In this document: in pieces, positions 19,291 through 28,480 of the stretch | How the letters are laid out: the number at the start of each line of letters is the position of its first letter | Position numbering within the stretch: the stretch's first letter is position 1 | Origin: Candidatus Poribacteria bacterium | GTDB taxonomy: Bacteria > Poribacteria > WGA-4E > WGA-3G | Length of the DNA: 64,000 nt | Direction: 5' to 3' | Assembly (NCBI GenBank): GCA_964291315.2 | Contig: OZ219753.1 | Span: forward strand, 2,176,001-2,240,000 | The notes under the pieces: model-generated | What the model was told of the DNA's origin: nothing | The model's input: only the letters and a program-made list of their open reading frames with translations | The model's database searches: none | Translations under genes and position numbers: made by a program

Positions 19291-20721
19291 ATGGCATATT
19301 ATGCGATCGGTATTGGCGGGACAGGGGCAAAATGCCTTGAATCCCTGATTCATCTGGCAGCAGCAGGAATGATGCCAGATGACAAAGAGCTTTACACACT
19401 TTTTGTTGATCCTGATACTTCAAATGGAAGCCGTGCGCGGGTTGAGAAAACACTGGTTAATTATGTGAAATGCAAAGATCAACTTCAACTCGGAAACACA
19501 AACTTTTTGAAGACAAAAGTTATTCCTGCTAATCCTGTCCTTTGGACACCTTTTAAAAGTGCTAATCCAAGCTTAGAGGATTTCTTTCACAGTCCAATTT
19601 TTAAAGGTTCATCCGCAGCTAAGTTATTCGACGTGTTATATAGCAAATCAGAACAAGATATGCCCTTGGAAGACGGTTTTCGTGGTCACCCCTCCATTGG
19701 CTCAGCGGTCATGGCAAAGACAGTAGATTTGAAAGGAGACAAAACGTGGAGTTGGTTTAGTAAAGTAATTTCTAATGATCCAGAATCTAAAGTGTTCTTA
19801 GCAGGTTCTATTTTCGGCGGCACAGGCGCTTCTGGATTCCCTACGATCGCGCAGATCCTTAAAAATAATTTACCAGGTGTAACGCTCGGAGGGGCATTGA
19901 TTCTTCCGTACTTTAAGTTTGAGGATGCAGATGATGGGAAACTCAAAGCAAGATCTGCCGAGTTTTTGATGAATACACAAACCGCTTTGAAGCATTACCA
20001 TCTATCGAATAAAACAGGTTCTTATGATGCGGTCTACCTATTTGGCAATGAATCTCGAACGAATGTGGGAAACGCTCTCGGCGGTGGGCAGCAGGAGAAT
20101 GCTCCACATTTCATTGAACTCTATGCAGCCTTAGCAGCAATCGATTTTTTTGGTAAGAAACCAGATCAATCAGATGGCAAGGGCGGAACTCAATATTTCA
20201 TGACAGCCCGCAAAAAAGTTAACGCTCTTGACTGGAGCGATCTGCCAGATGGTAACAACGGTGATACAGTTCGTTCAAAAATCTTGCAACTGGAACATCT
20301 TGCTTTTGCGTATCTTAGCGTCTATCATCCCACAATTCTAGATATTAACAAAAACATAAAAGCGGCATACTGTGCTCCATGGTATGTCGATTTCTTTGAA
20401 CGACGTAAGGTCGGCATCGACGATACATTACTCAGCACCGTCGGTGAATACTGTAAAGATTTTTTGCTATGGATCGCCAACATACAAGGAAATTGTGGTG
20501 TCGGAGAAAAAATTAATCTCATTAAAAATAGGTATGGAGCGTACTCCAAGAAACAAAATGGTAGTCTTGTTCTCAAAAAATCCAAAGATTTTTCAGAATC
20601 TGACTGGTTGAACAAACTTTGGGAACGTATGTGTAATAGTCGGAGAAAAAACGGATATTCACAAGGCGTTGGAAAGTTTCTACATGCCTTATACCACAAT
20701 TGTCCTGATAAACATAACTAA
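19291..20721 (+). CDS. FtsZ/tubulin-like GTPase (divergent, Tubulin_2/FtsZ-like type; not cell-division FtsZ)
   Basis: N-terminal AIGIGGTGAK, GFRGHPSIG, signature SIFGGTGASG, LILPYF; AGGAGG RBS. Confidence 0.85.
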   Translation: MAYYAIGIGGTGAKCLESLIHLAAAGMMPDDKELYTLFVDPDTSNGSRARVEKTLVNYVKCKDQLQLGNTNFLKTKVIPANPVLWTPFKSANPSLEDFFHSPIFKGSSAAKLFDVLYSKSEQDMPLEDGFRGHPSIGSAVMAKTVDLKGDKTWSWFSKVISNDPESKVFLAGSIFGGTGASGFPTIAQILKNNLPGVTLGGALILPYFKFEDADDGKLKARSAEFLMNTQTALKHYHLSNKTGSYDAVYLFGNESRTNVGNALGGGQQENAPHFIELYAALAAIDFFGKKPDQSDGKGGTQYFMTARKKVNALDWSDLPDGNNGDTVRSKILQLEHLAFAYLSVYHPTILDINKNIKAAYCAPWYVDFFERRKVGIDDTLLSTVGEYCKDFLLWIANIQGNCGVGEKINLIKNRYGAYSKKQNGSLVLKKSKDFSESDWLNKLWERMCNSRRKNGYSQGVGKFLHALYHNCPDKHN

Positions 20722-20744
20722 TTAATTGGTTAGGAGGTTATATA

Positions 20745-23700
20745 ATGCCAAAACCACTTCTTCCTAGTTTGATACCAGGTAACAAGGTTACCGCTTTTGG
20801 TAACGCTGGAAAATGGGTTCCAAGAAACGCTTCTGAACTTAAACTCATTAGCGATGGGCTTAACGTTGCAAAACAGGGAGTGACCCCAACTGAGGTTGAT
20901 AGCATTCCGAGTATGTGGGCACGCCCTCTACTGTTCCAAATGGCGCTGTATGATGACAAACATCCAGTGCATACGCAAGTTTTAGGCGAATGGCGTGGAC
21001 TTTTAGCGATGTTGGCACTGAAAGAGTGGAGCGAGTTCCCCATAACTACAGAGCAAGTTGAGATTGATGTTGCCAAGAATCCAGAAGCAGCTGCGGATTT
21101 TCTTCGGGCCCTAGCGAAATTGCGACCAACAGACACGTTATCTGATCTGAGCTTACCAGATCCGGCGACATGGGAAGTCCTTAATATCATCCTGTTTGAT
21201 GGAGAGCCTATTGGTATTGCCTCACCAACTACTTTGGTGTGTACCTCAGTTAACTGTTTCGGTCGGATCTCGGACGTTCCCTGGTTTGACAATCGAAGAT
21301 TCCTCGTCGATCCAGTTCGGAAATTGAACGTTTCCGAGAAAGAAGCAGTTAAGTATTGGCTAACAACTCTTCAGGAAGGCACTGCAAAGCTTCCTATTCT
21401 TGACATAACAGTTAGCCTTAACAAACTTCTACTCAATTTTATAAATCAGTTAAATGTACCTTTAAAGGTGTTCGACTTTTCTATTACTAAACTCGGTTTG
21501 ACTCAAGACCTTTTTAAGTATATGAATCAACCGGTGGTAGCCCCCAAGGGGTCTAAATCGAGTATAAAACTTGTTCATTCCAAAAACAAAAAGTCAAAGG
21601 AAAATCTCCTCGTTTTCGATAAGGACATTCATAAAGCTTGGAGAGTCGAACCGCAAAATGTAATTGTTTGGAAAGGGAAGACACTTGCAACAAGTCAAAA
21701 TTCCAGTGGGACGCCCGAACTGGTACTTCCAGAAGATGTTGAGCTGCAAACTCCACAAGATTTTTTCATAGACAAACTTTTTGTCATCAAGCAAAAAAAA
21801 GCCTTCCATAAGGGCAGTACTTTAGCCTCTAAAGGCAGTAGGAATATTAATTTTAACGGAAGCCCGGTCACACCAATTCTACCGCTCACTACGAAATTGC
21901 TAACCTATCTTGATGTAGAAGATTTAAATGATAGAATTACTTTTAACCAGCTGAATGACCGTATTGTTGTGGAGTTGCGTCTCACTTTGAACGGTATCGA
22001 TGGGAAGGGGAATTCAGATTTTGTTATTTCTAAAGAATATGACAAAGCAAACGTTAGGACCATTGCGACCGCACCAGTTTTGGCGGTTTGGCCGAACTTC
22101 AGAACTCAAGGTTGGAAGGCTTACTATACCTATTTCACAACAGCCGATCAAGACGCATTTTACGCCAAACCCCTCCCGGCAGCAAAAGAGTCGGATACGC
22201 TGCCTGATCCGCTAACGTTTCAAGATAATAGCGGAAATGTTAAGAAAGAGACTACAAAAACGGAACATTTTCCTGAAGCGATGCTATGTGAATATAAAGG
22301 GGCTAAGGCGGGAATTTTGCTCATTTCAGCACCAGAAGCCTTAAATGCTAATACTAATAAGGCTAATACTAATAAAGAAACAATATGGACCGTAGGGGTA
22401 GATTTCGGCAGCAGCAGCACTACAGTCTATAGGTATAGCAACGCTGATAATGAGCCTCAGAGCGTAACTTTTGATAAGAAACACATTTTACGTATTACCG
22501 ACCCTCTTACTTCCTCAAAAATCGCATTCTATAAGGATTTTCTCTCTCATGAAAGCAAATCGACACCGTTCTTCAGCCTCTTTCAAACACTCCAAACTGT
22601 AAAACCCGATGAACCCCTCCTTGATGGACATATCTACTTTCCTGATAATCATAATGATATTTCTTCTGATAAACGCATTGTTAGCGATCTCAAATGGTCT
22701 AGTACAATAAACCGGAGGCACATTCAGGTTTTTCTCAAACAACTCTGTCTTCAAACCGCCGCTGAGGCTGTTAACGATGGGGCCCAAAAGATAGATTGGA
22801 ATTTTTCTCATCCGCTTGCCTTTACAAGACAGGATAAAGGACAATTTGAACTGATTTGGAAAAGCGTCGGAGCAGCTTGTGGGAGCGCGACTGGCGTGAA
22901 TCAAAAGGTTGTGACCCCGGCCCAATCAGAAAGTGTGGTCACCGCAAAATTCTTTGCAAGCACCTTACAAAATCCAACAGCTATTGGCGATTTTACCAGC
23001 GGGGCAGTCTGCATCGATATTGGAGGAGAAACCTCAGATATCTCAATTTGGCAAAACAATAAACTGTACTGGCAAACGTCTATCAAATTTGCAGGACGGC
23101 ATATTTTTTTAAATCTGCTCAAAGAAAATCCCGAATTTCTGAAAGAACTTGGTGTGAACGAGAACGGGATCAAATTGTTAAAAGAAATCAAGGACGACAA
23201 GTTTTATGCTCAAGCGGACGCTTTAATTGAAACGGAAGGTCAAGATTGGTTGAGCGAACTCCCTAACGTAGAGAACCCATCCATTATCCAACCGTTTCTT
23301 CAACTCATTTCACTTGGGGTTTCCGGTCTTTTATACTATGTCGGGCTACTTCTCACTTACCTTTCTAAAGTCAAACCTGAATCTGATCTTAAGTCTGAAA
23401 TCCCCAGTATATACATCGGCGGTAACGGATCAAACATTCTACATTGGATGGCAGATGGCAGTTTCGATCCTGACAACTCTACAGCGCAAGATTGTAGAAA
23501 GTACCTTAAAAAGGTCATCTGCAAAGCATCAGGATTTGCCCCAGATGATAATAATCGCGATATAGAGATTAGTCACTCCCCAAAAAAGGAGGCTGCTTAT
23601 GGATTAGTCATTGACATTGACGAAACAGAACTCGATTTTGATCCAGATACTCAATTTGACGTTTTAGCTGGTGAAACTTTTACAGAGAATGGAATAGAGT

Positions 23701-24026
23701 ATCCATGGACTGAAGTTCTTACTGCCGAACGACTACATAACCGCTTATCGATTCCTAAGAGGTTCGACAAAATTCAACACTTTATAGACAGTTTCAACCA
23801 AAATTTAGGTGAAGGGATTAAGAAAGTATCCCTGAAGGAAACTGTAAGTGGCAAAGAAGGCGACTCCGCTACTGTTAGCGATGCTATGTTTGCAGAGCTG
23901 GAAAAAGTTTTCCAAGCTTTTAGTAATAGGGACCCAGGAAAAATCTCTATTGAACCGTTATTTATTCTCGCGTTAAAAGAATTACTGAGAGCAAAAACAA
24001 GACGATGGATAAACATGGATGGATAA
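20745..24026 (+). CDS. Large protein with C-terminal actin/Hsp70-fold (FtsA/SrfB-like) ATPase domain
   Basis: 1093 aa; phosphate-1 VGVDFGSSST, connect SESVV, phosphate-2 CIDIGGETSDISIW, adenosine IYIGGNGS; N-terminal ~540 aa of unknown function (IPSMWARPLLF, EWRGLLA). Confidence 0.85.
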   Translation: MPKPLLPSLIPGNKVTAFGNAGKWVPRNASELKLISDGLNVAKQGVTPTEVDSIPSMWARPLLFQMALYDDKHPVHTQVLGEWRGLLAMLALKEWSEFPITTEQVEIDVAKNPEAAADFLRALAKLRPTDTLSDLSLPDPATWEVLNIILFDGEPIGIASPTTLVCTSVNCFGRISDVPWFDNRRFLVDPVRKLNVSEKEAVKYWLTTLQEGTAKLPILDITVSLNKLLLNFINQLNVPLKVFDFSITKLGLTQDLFKYMNQPVVAPKGSKSSIKLVHSKNKKSKENLLVFDKDIHKAWRVEPQNVIVWKGKTLATSQNSSGTPELVLPEDVELQTPQDFFIDKLFVIKQKKAFHKGSTLASKGSRNINFNGSPVTPILPLTTKLLTYLDVEDLNDRITFNQLNDRIVVELRLTLNGIDGKGNSDFVISKEYDKANVRTIATAPVLAVWPNFRTQGWKAYYTYFTTADQDAFYAKPLPAAKESDTLPDPLTFQDNSGNVKKETTKTEHFPEAMLCEYKGAKAGILLISAPEALNANTNKANTNKETIWTVGVDFGSSSTTVYRYSNADNEPQSVTFDKKHILRITDPLTSSKIAFYKDFLSHESKSTPFFSLFQTLQTVKPDEPLLDGHIYFPDNHNDISSDKRIVSDLKWSSTINRRHIQVFLKQLCLQTAAEAVNDGAQKIDWNFSHPLAFTRQDKGQFELIWKSVGAACGSATGVNQKVVTPAQSESVVTAKFFASTLQNPTAIGDFTSGAVCIDIGGETSDISIWQNNKLYWQTSIKFAGRHIFLNLLKENPEFLKELGVNENGIKLLKEIKDDKFYAQADALIETEGQDWLSELPNVENPSIIQPFLQLISLGVSGLLYYVGLLLTYLSKVKPESDLKSEIPSIYIGGNGSNILHWMADGSFDPDNSTAQDCRKYLKKVICKASGFAPDDNNRDIEISHSPKKEAAYGLVIDIDETELDFDPDTQFDVLAGETFTENGIEYPWTEVLTAERLHNRLSIPKRFDKIQHFIDSFNQNLGEGIKKVSLKETVSGKEGDSATVSDAMFAELEKVFQAFSNRDPGKISIEPLFILALKELLRAKTRRWINMDG

Positions 24027-24083
24027 ACCAGCTTGTATTTTCGAACAGGGGCATAACATAGCATATATGTTTTAAGGGGACTC

Positions 24084-25220
24084 ATGGAACAACTTAAAGA
24101 TCTGCTAAACTTAACCACAGCGATCGCACCAATTCTCGCTATTTTAGTAGTTGCGATCATTGGTTGTTCGGCTTTTTATTTTTTAAGGAATCGGCAAGAA
24201 ACTGCTAACGAAGCTAAAAAAGTCGGCAACCCTAACAGTGGAGAGAAGCCTGAAATTGTAGTTTTCCTACGGCCGCATGCTGCATGTGTTCAATGCCTGA
24301 TGCTTTGTATAGAGAACATAGGGACTAGGACAGCCTATAATGTCCAGTTTGGACCCTTAGCTTCCGCCCCGTTTATCAGGTCTTCTAATATCGGCAATGT
24401 AAAGATTTTTAAGGAAAACGATTTTCTTCGGAGGGGAATCAGCTGTTTTGGCGCTGGACAGAAGATCGAGCTATTCCTAATCCGTTTAGTAGGCGACTTC
24501 CCTGAAGAACTGAAACAACCTCTTGAAATCTCTGTTACTTACAAGGATTCGCTGAACTACACGTACAAGAATGGGTATAAACTGGACTTTAGCGAATTTG
24601 AAAGCCTTGTAGAAATCGAGTCAATAAAAGAACAGACGATATCTGACTTGAGATCTCTGCTTCACGTAATACAGAAAAACTTTAGTCAAGTTGATGAAAG
24701 TATTGAACCTCCCAGGACACCCCAAACCTCGAAATCTAAGGATAGTGAAATTCCGCACGAAGAAGAGGAAGAATGCCGCCAAATCGACCACAATGGGCAA
24801 GCCAACTTATTAACACCAGAGCTTCAGCAACTCGTTGAGTTATACAATGCAAGTGATGATGCCACATTACGGCAAAATCATAAGCACCAAGTTTCAATTA
24901 GCGTTAGTAATGATGTAGAACTTTTCAACAATCCAGATAAAGAAGCACTTTTCCAAACTAAGCCAAATGGCAGCTTGGTTGCCTACAACATTGATTCAGA
25001 AAATTCATATGCGGTTGTACCATTTTTGGGTTGCGTTCTGCAAAATGATCTCTATAATTCTGGTGCTTTCCGTCAGGTTTTTAAGTGCCCTAATTTTGAT
25101 TCAAAACGCAAGTATCATATGAAAGTTATTCGCCCCGCCATGTTTACACTGGATCCTGTAAACGAGAAATGGACACTTCAAGAAATGGGAGAATTAGAAT
25201 TAACGGTACACGACAATTGA
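24084..25220 (+). CDS. Membrane-anchored hypothetical protein, two soluble domains
   Basis: 378 aa, single N-terminal TM, Pro/Glu linker between two globular regions. Confidence 0.75.
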   Translation: MEQLKDLLNLTTAIAPILAILVVAIIGCSAFYFLRNRQETANEAKKVGNPNSGEKPEIVVFLRPHAACVQCLMLCIENIGTRTAYNVQFGPLASAPFIRSSNIGNVKIFKENDFLRRGISCFGAGQKIELFLIRLVGDFPEELKQPLEISVTYKDSLNYTYKNGYKLDFSEFESLVEIESIKEQTISDLRSLLHVIQKNFSQVDESIEPPRTPQTSKSKDSEIPHEEEEECRQIDHNGQANLLTPELQQLVELYNASDDATLRQNHKHQVSISVSNDVELFNNPDKEALFQTKPNGSLVAYNIDSENSYAVVPFLGCVLQNDLYNSGAFRQVFKCPNFDSKRKYHMKVIRPAMFTLDPVNEKWTLQEMGELELTVHDN

Positions 25221-25362
25221 TCGAAAAAAGATATCTGCCTACGAAAACGCAGGAGCACATAGCACAAATAACACCTGTTTTAAAAATCTGTATCACATTA
25301 GCTGTAGCATCCATCCAAAACCGGGCGCATTGTGTGTGATGCCTTAAATCAATAAAACGCTT

Positions 25363-27474
25363 ATGCCTTTCGAATATTTCTCTCCCACAAACGCTTTTGC
25401 TTCAGGAATTGTAACCTTCTTGCAATATTTCTTTGTGTTTTGGTTTGTAGGATTAGTAGGTTATGGGATCCGGTTGCTCCAAACAAGCAAACACATCGAA
25501 AAAAAGCAGAATATCCAGCGACTCGTCGATGCTCGACGAAAACGGAATGTTGGACGCGAAGATAACGACGTGGAAACCGATGCTGATACGGTGTTCCACG
25601 AATTTTTAAATGAACAATCTCTCAACAAAAGTTCTCCTATAACAAGACATCTCAAAGCGATTTTCTTAGCTGGCTGGGAGGAGAGTCGTCTTGAAGTCAG
25701 TGAATTAATTAATCACACCACTTCCGATCTGTTTAGGTGGAACAGTCTGTTTCGTTCTGTATTGGCGGTTTTCATCGTGATCGGATTGCTCGGCACGCTC
25801 TTTGGACTTACGGATAGTTTAACAGAACTATCTCCGGCTTTAAGAGAGAGTACCGCAGACACGGCCGCGACAGAAAACAGCCAAAGAATGACCCAGGCGT
25901 TAGGCGATCTCATGGATGACATCAAAGGGGCTTTTGCCCCAAGCATTTGGGGGATTATTTTTACGATCGTCGGCGTGCTTCTTTACGGATTTTACCTTCA
26001 AATCGCTTGCCATCCTGTTAAGACTACTCTGGAGCGGTTGACGTTGACCGTTTGGGTTCCGCAGCTCTACCCAACAACTTCCCAAAAACTTATCCAAACC
26101 CTGCAGCAGAGCGAGTCTCAGATGCAAAAGGGGTTTGAGACCGCAGCACAGTTCAGTGAATCTGTCAAAAAAGTCCATGGCAACATAGATGAATTCAATG
26201 CAAATCTCACGCAAGCTGCATCTATTACACAACCGCTCTCCAATTCGGTGACGCAAATTAACAAGGCGGCATTGGACATTAGTACTGCAGCGGATGTGCT
26301 GAATACAGGTTTTACGGAGAACCTTGACAAATTTTTAAGAGAATTTGCAGCTAGTGTTGCCCATCTCGCCGGTTTTCAAGATGAGATTCGGAACCTCCAC
26401 CAACAATTTCAAGACTCAGCGAACCAAAAATTAGACCAGCAAACACAAAAATTGGAGGAACAGAATCAAAATCTTACTACAAACTTAGATGTCTTGAAAA
26501 ATTACAAGGAACTGTACGTTGATTCCTGTCAACAAATGGAGAAGACCCTTCAAGAGTTTCTTAATAACACTATCGAAGCAAACACCCATATAGAAGCTAC
26601 CAATCGTGAGTTCCTTGAAGGCATAAATGCGGCCAATCGCGAATGGCTTGCAGAAATACAAGTGCAGTTGAAGGCAGATCTTGCAATTATGGAACCAACC
26701 TTGAAAAAGGAGTTAGAAACGCTGACCGTGCAATTAACTACGGATCTCAAAGAGGTTCAAGGCACTCTCGACCAAAGGTTGGAAGCACTTACCAACCAAT
26801 TAAATTTTTTCCAATTACCTATTGAAAAAGCTGCCGATCATATTGAAAGGATTATCGAAAGTTTTGCTCGGATAATGGAGGGAATAGTTAGAGATCTACA
26901 ATCACAGTTCCAAAAGCAGAGCGAAGAAATAAAAGAACAAAATGAAAGTTATGGGGAGCAGCTTACGGGAGTCAAACATCTCAATGAAAGTGTTGTAGGC
27001 TTGTTGAAACAATTAGACGAAAGCAGTAAAAATCAGAAAGGTGCAGTTAATACACTAAACGGTCATGTGGGCGGACTAACCACAGACATTAAAACCCTCC
27101 ATGTTGCAATCAACGCCTTTACATCTGATTCAGGAGAACTCAGTCAATCGATCGGGGCGATTAAAGGGGATATCGAAAAGTTAGGCACGGCTTCACAGCA
27201 ATTCGTGGAAAAGGTGGAAAAAGCCGATGTTACCCCGTTGACAGCTAATATTGGAAAACTCAATGCCGCTATCAACGAGATTTCTGGACATTCACAAGTT
27301 TTAGCAAACGCTGTTAATGGATTGGCGAAACAAATAAATTCACCGGACAGGGATTCTTCTAACCTAACGCAACAAAAGATTCCCTTCCTAGAAAGAATAC
27401 GAATTCTATTTCGCGGAAGATCGACTTCAACACAACCCCGTGCTAAACCCGAATCGAAGAAACAACGTAAGTAA
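25363..27474 (+). CDS. ZorA-like MotA/TolQ/ExbB proton-channel protein with long helical tail
   Basis: Three TMs including IGLLGTLFGL and AFAPSIWGI, then ~450 aa of Q/E/L/N-rich heptad-like sequence. Confidence 0.8.
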   Translation: MPFEYFSPTNAFASGIVTFLQYFFVFWFVGLVGYGIRLLQTSKHIEKKQNIQRLVDARRKRNVGREDNDVETDADTVFHEFLNEQSLNKSSPITRHLKAIFLAGWEESRLEVSELINHTTSDLFRWNSLFRSVLAVFIVIGLLGTLFGLTDSLTELSPALRESTADTAATENSQRMTQALGDLMDDIKGAFAPSIWGIIFTIVGVLLYGFYLQIACHPVKTTLERLTLTVWVPQLYPTTSQKLIQTLQQSESQMQKGFETAAQFSESVKKVHGNIDEFNANLTQAASITQPLSNSVTQINKAALDISTAADVLNTGFTENLDKFLREFAASVAHLAGFQDEIRNLHQQFQDSANQKLDQQTQKLEEQNQNLTTNLDVLKNYKELYVDSCQQMEKTLQEFLNNTIEANTHIEATNREFLEGINAANREWLAEIQVQLKADLAIMEPTLKKELETLTVQLTTDLKEVQGTLDQRLEALTNQLNFFQLPIEKAADHIERIIESFARIMEGIVRDLQSQFQKQSEEIKEQNESYGEQLTGVKHLNESVVGLLKQLDESSKNQKGAVNTLNGHVGGLTTDIKTLHVAINAFTSDSGELSQSIGAIKGDIEKLGTASQQFVEKVEKADVTPLTANIGKLNAAINEISGHSQVLANAVNGLAKQINSPDRDSSNLTQQKIPFLERIRILFRGRSTSTQPRAKPESKKQRK

Positions 27475-27507
27475 ATCGATTAAAAGCAATTTCATAAGTC
27501 CTTAAAA

Positions 27508-27729
27508 TAACGCGAGTTTGATAATTATTTGGCTCATCTTTGGATAAAGCGGATCCTTGGAGAGCCTGACAGGTTGTGTGAGAAGCGACGAAGAGGCACA
27601 AGAAATCCAACAGACTATGCTACAAGAACTGAAGACGCACAGGCTGACAGCCTATGCTACAAGGGCATGGCACAGACTGAGAGGTTATACTATAAAGGTA
27701 CTCCTCTAATTTTTTTTCAACTTACGTTA
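27508..27729 (+). mobile_element. MITE-like element, copy 3, between zorA-like and zorB-like genes
   Basis: TAACGCGAGTTTGATAATTATTTGGCTCATCTTTGGATAAAG...TTTTCAACTTACGTTA; internal GCACA...CAG.CTATGCTACAAG repeats. Confidence 0.75.
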
Positions 27730-27745
27730 AAATAGAAGGATATCC

Positions 27746-28480
27746 ATGGAAGAAAATACATTAGATTTTAATTTTTGGCCCTCCTTTTCGGACCTAATGC
27801 TGACGCTTGTGCTGATATTGATTATCGTTGTTTTTGCTGTTATCGTGGCTTTTTCTGTTAAACCGGTCGATCCTTCCTCCGAAGGGACGGTCGATCTGAC
27901 AGAAGTTGAACAGAGGCAAATCGGAATGATCCATGCAATCGCTGAACAGTACAATGTTGATCCTGAAGAAGTAGGCGACGGTTCCTTTGTGATTCGAATT
28001 TACCTCGAAGATGGCGGTTACACCGAAATTCTCATTCAAAATGAACCTACACTTCAACGTTATAGCTTTAGCGACCGCATTCTGTTTGAGCCCGATGAAC
28101 ACTATCTTAACGAAGATGGAAAAGAGACACTTCTCACCGTTGGTCTTCAAATAAAAAGAAATCTGAACGACATCCGTGAGATACAGATTCAAGGTCATGC
28201 GGATCCTGATCCGCCTGCCTTTGTGCCCTCTAACTTACATCTGGCAGCATTACGGGCAATTGAGGTATACACATTTCTACAGGAACAAGTCCGCATAGAT
28301 CCCGCGCGGCATCTGATGTCAGCAACCTCTTTTGGTGAATATAAACCTGTTCGCCGCTCAGATCAGGATAGAACCTATACGCCCGAAAAACTTGAAAGGG
28401 ATAACCGCACTAGGACGTTGAAAGCCCAGAATCGTCGGATAGAAATTTTGCTGTTTTATCCGCCCGAGCAAACAGACTAA
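27746..28480 (+). CDS. ZorB/MotB-like OmpA-domain membrane protein
   Basis: FWPSFSDLM TM helix with the conserved Asp; OmpA-like IQGHAD, NLHLAALRA, SFGEYKP, NRRIEI. Confidence 0.88.
   Translation: MEENTLDFNFWPSFSDLMLTLVLILIIVVFAVIVAFSVKPVDPSSEGTVDLTEVEQRQIGMIHAIAEQYNVDPEEVGDGSFVIRIYLEDGGYTEILIQNEPTLQRYSFSDRILFEPDEHYLNEDGKETLLTVGLQIKRNLNDIREIQIQGHADPDPPAFVPSNLHLAALRAIEVYTFLQEQVRIDPARHLMSATSFGEYKPVRRSDQDRTYTPEKLERDNRTRTLKAQNRRIEILLFYPPEQTD

Noticed and set aside
19291-20721. Cell-division ftsZ
   Set aside because: Signature is divergent, the C-terminus is unlike FtsZ, and there is no dcw context.
22347-22379. 15-nt tandem duplication (ANTNK x2) in the actin-like gene as a phase-variation site
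   Set aside because: In-frame, only two copies, and in an interdomain linker; most likely a neutral slippage event.
27529-27735. 68-aa ORF between the zorA- and zorB-like genes (similar ORF at 46968-47168)
   Set aside because: Both arise from the MITE-like repeat sequence, and the frames are not conserved beyond the first few codons.
25363-28480. Flagellar motAB, or a canonical Zorya type I/II call
   Set aside because: The A subunit has three TMs and a long tail unlike MotA, there are no flagellar genes, and no ZorC/ZorD helicase or ZorE HNH nuclease is recognisable nearby.
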